A stretch of DNA of 36,848 bases from an uncultured bacterium (GCA_965364895.1 CBDTZL010000002.1:1-36848); one strand, 5' to 3'; positions 18,250-27,374 are shown, counted from the first letter of the stretch. Notes: generated by a model not told the origin, from the sequence alone. Numbers and translations are program-made.

Positions 18250-19228
18250 GATGACGCTCATTGACGGCTTGCGGCAGGGGATGGACGAGGAACTCGAGCG
18301 TGATGAGCGGGTCTTCATTGTGGGCGAGGATGTCGGGCCGCGAGGGGGCGTCTTCCGAGCCACACAAGGCCTCTATGACAAATACGGCGAGGATCGCGTC
18401 ATAGATTCGCCGCTGGCGGAGCTTTCGATCGTTGGAATCGGAATCGGGGCCGCGCTGTATGGAATGCGCCCGGTATGTGAAATCCAGTTCGCAGATTTCA
18501 TCTATCCAGCCTTCAATCAAATTGTGAGTGAGGCAGCGCGGATGTGCTACCGATCCAATGGAGATTGGACGGTTCCCATGGTGATCCGCGCACCCTATGG
18601 TGGCGGAATTGGCGGAGGACTTTATCACTCGCAGTCGATTGAAGCTTTCTTTTCCCACGTACCTGGCTTGAAAGTTGTCGTTCCCTCAACGCCATACCAT
18701 GCCAAGGGCTTGTTCAAATCCGCCGTCCGGGATCCAAATCCAGTAATTTACCTGGAGCCGAAGAAGGGCTACCGGCTGATCCGCGGAGAAGTGCCGGATG
18801 ACGAGGAGGTGCTGGTTCCTATTGGCCCCGCCCGCATTTCGCGAGAGGGCGATGATCTGACCGTCTTCGCCTACGGGATGATGCATCATTACACTCTGGA
18901 AGCAGCCGAAAGGGTGGCCGAGGAGGGGATCGATGCCGAGGTGGTCGACCTGATGACGCTTAAGCCGGTTGACCGAGATACTATTTTGGCATCCGTGACA
19001 AAAACCGGGAAGGCGCTGATCGTTCACGAAGACAATTTGACGGTCGGATATGGGGCGGAAATCGCGGCCATTTTGGTCGAGGAAGCTTTTGCATATCTGG
19101 ACGCCCCAGTGCGTCGACTGACCGGGCCAGATGTTCCTGCGATGCCATACAGTCATCCGCTTCAGGACTGGTTCATGCCCGATACGGATAGAATCGCAGA
19201 GGCTATTCGGGAGCTGGCGGCATATTAG
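18242..19228 (+). CDS. 2-oxoacid dehydrogenase E1 component beta subunit
   Basis: VFIVGEDVG...GGVFRAT, DSPLAELSIVGIGIGAA and QFADFIYPAFNQI motifs. Start placed at the ATG overlapping the E1-alpha stop; ATG 18251 is an alternative. Confidence 0.88.
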   Translation: MTEMTLIDGLRQGMDEELERDERVFIVGEDVGPRGGVFRATQGLYDKYGEDRVIDSPLAELSIVGIGIGAALYGMRPVCEIQFADFIYPAFNQIVSEAARMCYRSNGDWTVPMVIRAPYGGGIGGGLYHSQSIEAFFSHVPGLKVVVPSTPYHAKGLFKSAVRDPNPVIYLEPKKGYRLIRGEVPDDEEVLVPIGPARISREGDDLTVFAYGMMHHYTLEAAERVAEEGIDAEVVDLMTLKPVDRDTILASVTKTGKALIVHEDNLTVGYGAEIAAILVEEAFAYLDAPVRRLTGPDVPAMPYSHPLQDWFMPDTDRIAEAIRELAAY

Positions 19229-19346
19229 ATTCAGCAATGGCTCACGGAGGGTCGTATCTGGCAGGCTGCGCATGTCGGACCCGCGAACTACAAAGTCCGC
19301 CAGGATTGCGAATCACGGCGCAGATTTGTGCTAAACGGAGAGAAGA

Positions 19347-20678
19347 ATGACAACTGAGGTCATCATGCCCCAGCTTGGCGAGTCGGTAGTCGAAGGGACC
19401 GTTACCAAGTGGCTTATAGGTGAGGCAGATTCGGTTGAGGAGTTCGAGCCGCTGGTCGAGATCAACACCGATAAGGTCGATACCGAGGTTCCGTCGCCGG
19501 CAACCGGCACGATCCTCAAGCTGCTCGTCGCCGAGGGGGAAACCGTAAAAGCCGGAACGCTTCTGGCTGTGATCGGGCAGCCGGGTGAACAAGTTCCGGA
19601 CGTTCCGAAGGCGCTACCAGAAAATGGTGACTCGGCCGCCCCGCCAGAAACGACTGCGAAGGAGAAGGCCGCGGTTCCCGCCGGGGGCGGGCTAAAGCCT
19701 GCGTCTGGGTCCCCAGGCACCCCTAACACGAGCCGCGAGAAGCTCGGATTCATTTCTCCGGTCGTTGCACGTATTGCGGCGGAGCACGACGTCGATCTTG
19801 GCCAGGTACCCGGGACCGGGAGCGGGGGGCGGATCACGAAGAAAGACGTCCTGGCCTACGTCGAAAGCGGCCAGCCAGTGGCGCCGTGGGAGGAGCCAGC
19901 CTCCGGCGAGCTTTTCAGGCCGACTGAGGAAATATTCGGAACGAAGCAGGCGGCGCCCGAGACTGCAGCCGCCGCAGGGACCATCCAGCCTCTGGACGCA
20001 GTGCGTAGCCGGATTGCGGAGCACATGGTTCGCTCGAAGCACACAAGCCCGCATGTGACGACGCTCATGGAAGCCGATATGGGTAGAGTGATCGCCCATC
20101 GGAAAGCTCATAAGGAATCATTCCAGCGAGAGGGCGCTAACCTGACCTTTACCGCTTATTTTGTGGCCGCGACGGTCGAGGCATTGAAAGAATTTCCGAT
20201 CGTCAATTCATCATGGAGCGATGAGGGGATCGTATTGCACAAGTCGGCCAACGTCGGGGTTGCAGTTTCCCTTGGGGATGAAGGATTGATCGTACCGGTG
20301 GTCAAGAATGCCGAGCAAATGTCGCTGCTAGCGATCGCAAAAGCGGTCAACGATCTGGGCGAACGCGCCCGCAGTCACAAGCTGGTCCCGGATGAAGTTC
20401 AAGGTGGGACGTTTACAATCACCAATCATGGAGTAAGCGGCTCGCTTTTGGCAACGCCGATCATCAATCAGCCCCAGTGTGCCATTCTGGGTGTGGGTGT
20501 CCTTCAGAAACGCGCGGTGGTCATTGAGGGGATGTCGCCCAGTGGCGAGCCGGAGGATTCGTTGGCCATCCGGCCGATGGTGTATCTCACGCTGACCTTC
20601 GACCATCGAATTATCGACGGCGCCATCGGAGATCATTTTTTGGGTATCGTTGTGCAGCGCCTTCAGTCCTGGGCCTGA
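19347..20678 (+). CDS. dihydrolipoamide acyltransferase E2 component
   Basis: Lipoyl domain (EINTDKVDTEVPSP), Pro/Ala linker, E3-binding domain (SPVVARIAAEHDVDLGQVPGTGSGGRITKKDV), and a catalytic domain with the DHRIIDG motif. Confidence 0.9.
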   Translation: MTTEVIMPQLGESVVEGTVTKWLIGEADSVEEFEPLVEINTDKVDTEVPSPATGTILKLLVAEGETVKAGTLLAVIGQPGEQVPDVPKALPENGDSAAPPETTAKEKAAVPAGGGLKPASGSPGTPNTSREKLGFISPVVARIAAEHDVDLGQVPGTGSGGRITKKDVLAYVESGQPVAPWEEPASGELFRPTEEIFGTKQAAPETAAAAGTIQPLDAVRSRIAEHMVRSKHTSPHVTTLMEADMGRVIAHRKAHKESFQREGANLTFTAYFVAATVEALKEFPIVNSSWSDEGIVLHKSANVGVAVSLGDEGLIVPVVKNAEQMSLLAIAKAVNDLGERARSHKLVPDEVQGGTFTITNHGVSGSLLATPIINQPQCAILGVGVLQKRAVVIEGMSPSGEPEDSLAIRPMVYLTLTFDHRIIDGAIGDHFLGIVVQRLQSWA

Positions 20679-20760
20679 GAACGAACCGCACTGTTCCCGG
20701 ATAACCCGACTGCTATGATGAGTCGAGGCGCGTCATGCGCCCATTTGGAGGGTTTTTTGA

Positions 20761-22158
20761 ATGCCTGACTACGACGTTGTTGTAATTGGAGCAGGACCCG
20801 GAGGGTATGTCTGTGCCATCCGAGCCTCGCAGCTGGGGCTGAAGACTGCCATCGTAGATCGCGAATGGCTGGGGGGAGTGTGCCTCAATATCGGATGCAT
20901 CCCCTCGAAGTCGCTGCTGAGAAACGCCGAGCTGGCGCATATCCTCCGAGAACGAGGCGATGACTTCGGATTTTCAATCGATGGCCTGAAGTTAGATTAC
21001 GGAAAGGCGGTTGAACGCAGCCGCGAGGTCTCGGATCGTCTGGTGAAGGGGGTTGGGTTCTTGATGAAGAAGAACCAGATCGACGTTCACATGGGCGAGG
21101 CAGTGATCCGCTCAGCGAGTTCGATTTCTATTACGAACTCCGACGGGGAAGTTACCGAGCTCGGGGCGAAAAACATCGTTGTTGCCACGGGCGCTAGCCC
21201 GGCCTCCATACCCGGATTAGAGATTGACGGGCAACGCGTGCTGAGCTATCGGGAGGCCATCCTCCAAACAAAGGCTCCAAAGTCGGTGCTGATCGTGGGC
21301 TCCGGTGCGGTGGGGCTTGAGTTTGCTACAGTCTGGAATAGCTATGGGGTTGAGGTCACCATCGTGGAGATGCTCCCGCGGATCGCGCCATTGGAAGACG
21401 AGGATGTTAGCAAGGAACTTGCGAAGGAGTTTCGCAAGCGCGGGATCAAGATCAAGGTCGGCACAAAGGTGGAAGGCCTCGAAGTGCTGAAAACTAAAGT
21501 GAAGGCTAAGGTCTCAAGCGAATCTGGCGAGGAAGTGCTGGAGGCGGAGCAAGCCCTAGTGGCGATCGGTTTTCGACCCAACACGTCTGGGCTTGGGCTG
21601 GAGGATCTTGGCGTCCAGATCAACGAAGCTGGGATGATCGATATCAATGAAAAAATGTCTACCAATGTGCCAGGAATCTGGGCCATTGGTGACGTGACGG
21701 GGAAGCTGCAGTTGGCTCACGTAGCGACTGCGATGGGCATCGTGTGCGCCGAAAATATTGCGGGCGTCGATACGATCCAACTCGACTATGAGATGATGCC
21801 TCGCGCCACCTACTCCCATCCGCAAATCGCCTCCTTCGGCATGACCGAAGCGCAGGCCGAACAGCGCGGCTACGAAGTTCACATAGGCAGATTCCCGTTT
21901 CAGGCGAATGGAAAATCATTGGGAATGGGGGAGACCGCGGGATGGATCAAGCTGATCTCCGATGCCCGATACGGCGAGATTTTGGGAGCTCACTTGATCG
22001 GTCCGGAAGTCACCGAGCTGCTGCCAGAATTGACGCTGGCCCAAAACATGGAGCTGACTCTGGCTGAAATTGCACGCAATGTCCACGCACATCCCACTCT
22101 CAGCGAAGCTATTATGGAGGCCGCGCATGTCGCTGAAGGGCAGGCAATTCATATTTAG
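20761..22158 (+). CDS. lpdA: dihydrolipoyl dehydrogenase E3 component
   Basis: VVVIGAGPGGY FAD motif, redox-active GGVCLNIGCIPSK disulfide, and the C-terminal HAHPTLSE interface motif. Confidence 0.93.
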   Translation: MPDYDVVVIGAGPGGYVCAIRASQLGLKTAIVDREWLGGVCLNIGCIPSKSLLRNAELAHILRERGDDFGFSIDGLKLDYGKAVERSREVSDRLVKGVGFLMKKNQIDVHMGEAVIRSASSISITNSDGEVTELGAKNIVVATGASPASIPGLEIDGQRVLSYREAILQTKAPKSVLIVGSGAVGLEFATVWNSYGVEVTIVEMLPRIAPLEDEDVSKELAKEFRKRGIKIKVGTKVEGLEVLKTKVKAKVSSESGEEVLEAEQALVAIGFRPNTSGLGLEDLGVQINEAGMIDINEKMSTNVPGIWAIGDVTGKLQLAHVATAMGIVCAENIAGVDTIQLDYEMMPRATYSHPQIASFGMTEAQAEQRGYEVHIGRFPFQANGKSLGMGETAGWIKLISDARYGEILGAHLIGPEVTELLPELTLAQNMELTLAEIARNVHAHPTLSEAIMEAAHVAEGQAIHI

Positions 22159-22222
22159 TAGCAGTGAAGCCACCTCCGAAGATTCGGACGTGGATAGCGC
22201 GGTGAGAGGCTAAGGAGATACC

Positions 22223-23416
22223 ATGAGCGATCCTCAAATCTACAGCGGGTTGGAAGGCGTATATGTCACAACCACTCGCTTAAGTAAGGTCAACGGCACA
22301 GAAGGCGTGCTCACCATCGCTGGTTTTCCATTGGAAGAGCTGGCCCCCAACGCTACCTTCGAGGAAGTGCTGTATTTGATGTGGTTCGATCGCTTGCCAT
22401 CTGCTGCTGAGCTGGACGAACTACGCGCCGAGCTAGCCAACCTGCGCCCGATTCCGGAGCCTACTGTCGATTTGCTACGAGCCGCTGCAGAGAAGAAGCT
22501 TCCGACTATGGATGCGTTGCGCATGGGAGTGGATTCGCTAACGCTGGTTGACCCCGATCCTTCGGATACATCGTCTGAAGCCGATATGCATCGTGTGAAA
22601 TCGGTCACGGCGCGTATCCCGACCGTGATTGCGGCTTATTGGCGCTTGCTCAATGGCGAACAGCCTGTGGCGCCAAAGACGGATGACCGGCATGCGGCAA
22701 ATTACCTCTACATGCTCCAGGGCGAGGAAGCCCAACCCGATGCGGTGCGCGCATTGGAAACTTATATCAACACAGTGGTGGATCACGGATTGAACAACTC
22801 TACCTTCACCTCGCGTGTGATTATCAGCACCCGCTCCGACATTGTGTCGGCAGTGGTTGGGGCAATTGGCTCGCTCAAGGGGCCGCTGCATGGTGGAGCT
22901 CCAGGCCCGGCGCTCGATATGGTATTTGAGATCCGCGAACGGGCGGAGGCCTCGGGCAAGAGCATCAGCGAGGAGGCCGATCTGTGGGCGCGCGAGGTGG
23001 TTGGTGGCGGCGGCCGGATTATGGGGTTTGGCCATCGCGTATACAAGGTCCGAGATCCCCGCGCAGACGTTTTGGGATCAGCCGCAGTGATGCTATTTGA
23101 GGGATCCGGCGACGCCGCACTGTATGACGATGCAACTACGTCAGAAGACGCAGTGCTGGAGGTGTTGGCGGAGTTGAAGCCGGATCGCAGCATCAAGACT
23201 AATGTCGAGTTTTACACGGCACTTGTGTTGCATGGCGTAGGAATGGAGACCGACCTATTTTCGCCCACCTTCGCCGTCGGGCGAGTAGGCGGATGGACGG
23301 CACATATCCTGGAGCAGATTGCGGAAGCACGCTTGATGCGGCCAAGAGCGGCCTATGGCGGCGAGCTAGATCGAGTGTGGGTGCCGGTGGAGGAGAGGGG
23401 AAATGGCGGCAATTGA
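22223..23416 (+). CDS. citrate synthase family protein (divergent)
   Basis: GPLHGGA and GFGHRVYKVRDPRA motifs, and a DH...NNST region. It carries NVEFY where canonical enzymes have NVDFY. Confidence 0.85.
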   Translation: MSDPQIYSGLEGVYVTTTRLSKVNGTEGVLTIAGFPLEELAPNATFEEVLYLMWFDRLPSAAELDELRAELANLRPIPEPTVDLLRAAAEKKLPTMDALRMGVDSLTLVDPDPSDTSSEADMHRVKSVTARIPTVIAAYWRLLNGEQPVAPKTDDRHAANYLYMLQGEEAQPDAVRALETYINTVVDHGLNNSTFTSRVIISTRSDIVSAVVGAIGSLKGPLHGGAPGPALDMVFEIRERAEASGKSISEEADLWAREVVGGGGRIMGFGHRVYKVRDPRADVLGSAAVMLFEGSGDAALYDDATTSEDAVLEVLAELKPDRSIKTNVEFYTALVLHGVGMETDLFSPTFAVGRVGGWTAHILEQIAEARLMRPRAAYGGELDRVWVPVEERGNGGN

Positions 23417-24410
23417 GCAAGTCAGACGAGCCAAAGAGCTTTCGAAGCACAGCATACTATCCAAGCCCAATGTCGTAGGCGTAGGCTACGGCTACAAAGA
23501 TAAGGACGGTCAACGCACAGATGAATTGTGCGTAGTTGCCTTGGTGAGGGTCAAACTTCCAAAATCGTCGCTCAAGGCAGATGAATTAATACCAGCCACG
23601 TTCAATGGGGTATCGACGGACGTGGTCCAGGTCGGGGACATTCGGGCACTTCAGGCCCGAACGGATCGCTGGCGGCCCGCACCCGGCGGGGTGAGCATCG
23701 GCCATTATCAAATCACTGCCGGTACCCTTGGAACCGTGGTGCGGGACGCGGCCACCGGACAGCGGCTGATCCTATCCAACAACCACGTGCTTGCAAATAG
23801 CAACGACGCTCAGATCGGAGATACCGTCGTTCAGCCCGGTTCGATCGATGGAGGGCATGCGGTATCCGACAAGATTGCGGAGTTGGAGCGGTTTGTCCCG
23901 ATTGAATTCATCAGTGAGCCATCCGATTGCGGGATCGCAAATTCGGTTGCGAATGCGGCCAATTTCGTTGCACGTCTTCTGTCCTCGCGATCGAAGCTGG
24001 TGCCGGTTCGAGAAAATCCAGCCGCGGTAAATCAAGTGGACGCAGCGGTGGCGCGCCCGGTGGACGATGGCGATGTCTTGAACGAGATTCTAGACATCGG
24101 CGAGGTGACTGGCACAGCCGAAGCGACGCTCGGAATGGGGGTAAGGAAATCCGGAAGGACTACCGCCTTCACGACCGGCACGATCACCGTGCTTGAAGCA
24201 ACCATCGATGTGACCTACGGCGAAGGCCGCAAAGCTCGCTTTGAAGGCCAGATTGTCAGCACCCCGATGTCCCAGGGCGGCGATTCCGGATCACTGCTGG
24301 TGGCCGCTGACTCGCTGCAAGCTGTTGGTCTGCTTTACGCAGGCTCGAATCAGGCCACGATCTTCAATTCCATTGGGGATGTGCTCACCTCGCTAAGTAT
24401 CGAGATATGA
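23403..24410 (+). CDS. cytoplasmic chymotrypsin-fold serine protease with an N-terminal pro-domain-like region
   Basis: Putative triad: His128 (LSNNHVLAN), Asp213 (VDAAVARP) and Ser295 (GGDSGSLLV). No N-terminal hydrophobic signal. The ATG follows GGAGAGGGG and overlaps the citrate synthase 3' end by 14 nt. Confidence 0.7.
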   Translation: MAAIEQVRRAKELSKHSILSKPNVVGVGYGYKDKDGQRTDELCVVALVRVKLPKSSLKADELIPATFNGVSTDVVQVGDIRALQARTDRWRPAPGGVSIGHYQITAGTLGTVVRDAATGQRLILSNNHVLANSNDAQIGDTVVQPGSIDGGHAVSDKIAELERFVPIEFISEPSDCGIANSVANAANFVARLLSSRSKLVPVRENPAAVNQVDAAVARPVDDGDVLNEILDIGEVTGTAEATLGMGVRKSGRTTAFTTGTITVLEATIDVTYGEGRKARFEGQIVSTPMSQGGDSGSLLVAADSLQAVGLLYAGSNQATIFNSIGDVLTSLSIEI

Positions 24411-24694
24411 GCTCCGATCCAGCGCTGGAGCGCGCGCGTGAAATCTCGCGCGCCCATTCAAATACGCTGCTAGCTAAACCCAACGTGGTCGGGGTCGGCC
24501 TTGGCTACCTAAAAGGCTCCCCAACCGAACTGACGCTGGTGGTTATGGTCGATCAGAAAGTGCCGTTAAGCGCGCTGGCCGAAGAGGAGATTGTGCCAAG
24601 TGAGATTGATGGGCTGAAGGTCGAAGTACGAGAGGTGGGGCATGTAATTGCGCAAGACGGCGCAAAAGATACCGCAGAAGACGCGGGAAATTAG
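24407..24694 (+). CDS. small protein paralogous to the N-terminal domain of the adjacent protease
   Basis: 95 aa. It aligns by eye to protease residues ~4-82 (shared KPNVVGVG.GY, EL..V..V, .P.S.L, E.IP, VG). The ATGA start overlaps the protease stop. Confidence 0.6.
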   Translation: MSSDPALERAREISRAHSNTLLAKPNVVGVGLGYLKGSPTELTLVVMVDQKVPLSALAEEEIVPSEIDGLKVEVREVGHVIAQDGAKDTAEDAGN

Positions 24695-24716
24695 CTCGAA
24701 GCCAAAGGATGACGAT

Positions 24717-26171
24717 ATGAAAACGGTTGAAGAACAGACAGTAAAAGCGCTTTCGTGGCAAATGATCTACGGCAACTATCGCTCCAAGCTGGGGGCTGAG
24801 GGCTGGGAGCAGCTGGAGCAATCGGTTGGCGCGCCGAATTTCAAGAAAATGGACTCCGACGAAGATACCCCCATGGGTCCCTTCAACGAAGCAGTGCTCC
24901 ATATCGATCGAGAACTTGGTGATGGAGATGGGTCGATGGTCGAAGAAATCACAGTGGCCTCGGTTGACCGCTGGGCGAGCATCTTTCGCAATTTGGTGAA
25001 GCAGCTGCAGGGCCGACCGCAGAAGATGATGGAGATCTTCTGCACCGAAGTGCACCCCTACTTCTTGAATGATTTCGGTGCCAGCGAGATCGTGGAATCG
25101 TCCGAAGACCACTTCGTGTTGAAGTTGGACAATGGTCTGTTGGAGGGATTCAAGATCGGTTTGATCGATGGCTTCGTCGATATTGTCGGCGCGGATGCGG
25201 TGATCGAGCGACGGAACGGCGACTATCACGTTAGCTGGACAGTCCGTGAAGAGACACCGGAGCCTTCACGTTGGGCGTTATTTGTCAACGCGACTCGGCT
25301 CCCATTTCTGACCGCGACCGTGGTTCCGGTTCTGCTGGGGACCATGATCGCCTGGGAAGAAGGCAGCTTCAATTTCGGACTGTTTGTGCTGGCGTTGCTC
25401 GGAGCATCGTTCTTCCAACTCGGTACAAATGTGATGAACGACTATTTCGATCACACGAGTGGGGTCGACGAAGCGAATCTAACACCCACGCCGTTCGCTG
25501 GTGGATCGAGACTGGTTCAGCGCGGCCTAGTCGAGCCGAAGAGTCTGCGCAACCTCGCCTGGGGTTTCTACGCGGCCGGGATCGTAGTCGGAGTCATCCT
25601 GTTGGCGCTAACAGGACCAGAGCTGCTGGTGTTTGGTTTGCTCGGCTTTTTGCTGGGCTTCCTGTACACCGCGCCGCCCATTCGGCTGGTTCATCATGGG
25701 GTGGGGGAAATCGCGGTAGGCCTGGGATTTGGCCCGGTCATGGTGCTGGGCGCCTACTGGGTGCAGACCCAGCAGCTGAGCACCGCCGCTTTGTACGCTT
25801 CGATTCCAGTAGCGATCTTGGTTGCAGCTATTTTGTATATTAACGAGATCCCGGATCGCATGTGGGATGAGAAGGCCGGCAAACGCACGCTCATCACCCG
25901 CATTTCGCCAGATACAGCCGTGACCGGCTACGCGGTCTTGATTGTAGCTGCCTACCTATCGATTGTTGTGGGTGTGGCGATTGGGATTACCCCGCTGGCA
26001 ACGCTGATTGCACTCCTCACCATCCCGATGGCATGGAGCGCATTCAAGACCCTGCGTCGCCATCATGGATTCCCGTATCGACTGATCCCGGCCAATGCTT
26101 ACACAGTATTTCTGCACTTCTTCACGGGATTGCTGCTGGCGGGCGGGTATTTAATTTCTGGCTTGATCTAG
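24717..26171 (+). CDS. UbiA/MenA-family prenyltransferase fused to an unrecognised ~190-aa N-terminal soluble domain
   Basis: The C-terminal ~290 aa are polytopic, with the MNDYFDHTSGVDEAN Asp-rich motif and a second motif region YINEIPDRMWDEKAGKRT. I chose the start at ATG 24717 (after AAGGA) because the ORF start at 24648 overlaps the preceding gene. Confidence 0.75.
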   Translation: MKTVEEQTVKALSWQMIYGNYRSKLGAEGWEQLEQSVGAPNFKKMDSDEDTPMGPFNEAVLHIDRELGDGDGSMVEEITVASVDRWASIFRNLVKQLQGRPQKMMEIFCTEVHPYFLNDFGASEIVESSEDHFVLKLDNGLLEGFKIGLIDGFVDIVGADAVIERRNGDYHVSWTVREETPEPSRWALFVNATRLPFLTATVVPVLLGTMIAWEEGSFNFGLFVLALLGASFFQLGTNVMNDYFDHTSGVDEANLTPTPFAGGSRLVQRGLVEPKSLRNLAWGFYAAGIVVGVILLALTGPELLVFGLLGFLLGFLYTAPPIRLVHHGVGEIAVGLGFGPVMVLGAYWVQTQQLSTAALYASIPVAILVAAILYINEIPDRMWDEKAGKRTLITRISPDTAVTGYAVLIVAAYLSIVVGVAIGITPLATLIALLTIPMAWSAFKTLRRHHGFPYRLIPANAYTVFLHFFTGLLLAGGYLISGLI

Positions 26172-26195
26172 GCCTGAAGGCACGCAAAAAGCAGA

Positions 26196-26218
26196 CGGGG
26201 CGGCCACTGGCCGCCCCG
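26196..26218. terminator. GC-rich hairpin between convergent genes (bidirectional terminator candidate)
   Basis: CGGGGCGGCC 26196-26205 pairs with GGCCGCCCCG 26209-26218. An A5 tract lies upstream (a T-run on the minus strand) and CTTTGGTT lies downstream. Confidence 0.6.
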
Positions 26219-26240
26219 CTTTGGTTCTCATAGTTTAAGT

Positions 26241-27374
26241 TCAGTCGGTGTTCTGACCCGGAACAGGATCCTTGCCTGAGCTTCGAGGGTCCAGATAGTG
26301 CTTCTCGGTGAGACCTTTCTTGCGCATCGCCATGCCCGTAATTGCCTCCTGAATGATGCGCAGTCCATTGAGCGCAGTCGTGTAACCTGGATCCCAGCCG
26401 GGAGCGACTTCCACCAACTCCATGCCAACCACCGGAGTTTCGGCGCACAGCCTGCGGACAAGTGGGAACGCCTCGCGGGTCGTCAGCCCGCCCGGCTCAG
26501 GAGTGCCGGTCCCCGGCGCGAAGGCCGGATCGAGCGAATCGATATCGAACGAGAGGAAGATGTACTCCGGCCCATCGAGCGCCTCGTTGATGGCGCGCTC
26601 CATTACCGGATCGAATCCATCTGCCTCCACCTCAGCCATGTAGTGCGATTTGATCTCGTGCTCTCGCATCCACATCATGTCGTCATCATGTGGCACGTAG
26701 CCGCGCAATCCGACCTGGACAAAATTCTTCCCTTCCACGAATCCGTCCTCGATAAGTCGACGCACGGGCGTCCCGTGGGTGATGTGATGCCCGAAGTGGT
26801 TGTCGCCGGCATCGTAGTGCGCGTCAAAGTGGATGATACCGATCTTGCCTTTACCGTAGACGTCGGCTAAGGCCATGCCATCTGGGCGCATCAATGAATG
26901 GTCGCCGCCTAATGTGATCGGGTATGCGCCGGTCTCGACGATCTCGCGCACACGCTTGCGGATCTCCTCATGCGAGAGCTCCGCGTCAAACGGATCGATG
27001 CCTGCGTCTCCATAGTCGGCGCATTTCAGCACCTCCCAGGGCTTGAGCATTACATGCGTATGCGTCATCACGTGCTTGGCTAGTGGCCCACCTGGAATGT
27101 ATCGGTCAGCGGTGCGAAGTGCCCGCGGACCGAACGCGGTGCCCCGCTGCCCAGTTGCAAGATCGAGCGGAGCACCGATAACGGCCACATCCACGTCCCC
27201 AGCATCCAGATCCTCCTGATTGAGCGCAACCGGCCAATTCATAAAGGTCGCGATGCCCGCGCCGGCCGTACTATTAATTTCATAGCGATTCAGATCGATC
27301 GGACCGGGCTCGCGCTTCGGATCCTCCGACTTATCGCGTTCTTGTTTCCAAACGTCGCCTTCAATGCCTGCCAT
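26241..27374 (-). CDS. ureohydrolase family protein (agmatinase / guanidino-acid hydrolase type)
   Basis: Mn-binding motifs GGDHS, IHFDAHYDAGD and SFDIDSLDPAFAPGTGTPEPGGLT. GAGGAGG RBS. Confidence 0.88.
   Translation of the reverse strand: MAGIEGDVWKQERDKSEDPKREPGPIDLNRYEINSTAGAGIATFMNWPVALNQEDLDAGDVDVAVIGAPLDLATGQRGTAFGPRALRTADRYIPGGPLAKHVMTHTHVMLKPWEVLKCADYGDAGIDPFDAELSHEEIRKRVREIVETGAYPITLGGDHSLMRPDGMALADVYGKGKIGIIHFDAHYDAGDNHFGHHITHGTPVRRLIEDGFVEGKNFVQVGLRGYVPHDDDMMWMREHEIKSHYMAEVEADGFDPVMERAINEALDGPEYIFLSFDIDSLDPAFAPGTGTPEPGGLTTREAFPLVRRLCAETPVVGMELVEVAPGWDPGYTTALNGLRIIQEAITGMAMRKKGLTEKHYLDPRSSGKDPVPGQNTD

Noticed and set aside
18107-19273. 183-aa and 195-aa minus-strand ORFs
   Set aside because: They are antisense to the E1-beta gene, which carries unmistakable transketolase-like motifs. 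The antisense ORFs are low-complexity, Arg/Pro-rich translations typical of antisense frames in GC-rich genes.
24543-25229. 228-aa minus-strand ORF antisense to the small paralog and the prenyltransferase N-domain
   Set aside because: It has no motifs and no RBS. It spans a + strand gene junction that shows translational-coupling features. I kept the + strand genes, but the N-domain reading frame deserves confirmation by homology.
25271-25843. 190-aa alternative-frame + strand ORF inside the prenyltransferase gene
   Set aside because: Its Arg/Gly-rich translation is typical of an off-frame in GC-rich coding DNA. The annotated frame carries the UbiA motifs and TM segments.
26298-26870. 190-aa + strand ORF
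   Set aside because: It is antisense to the ureohydrolase gene, whose Mn-binding motifs are intact.
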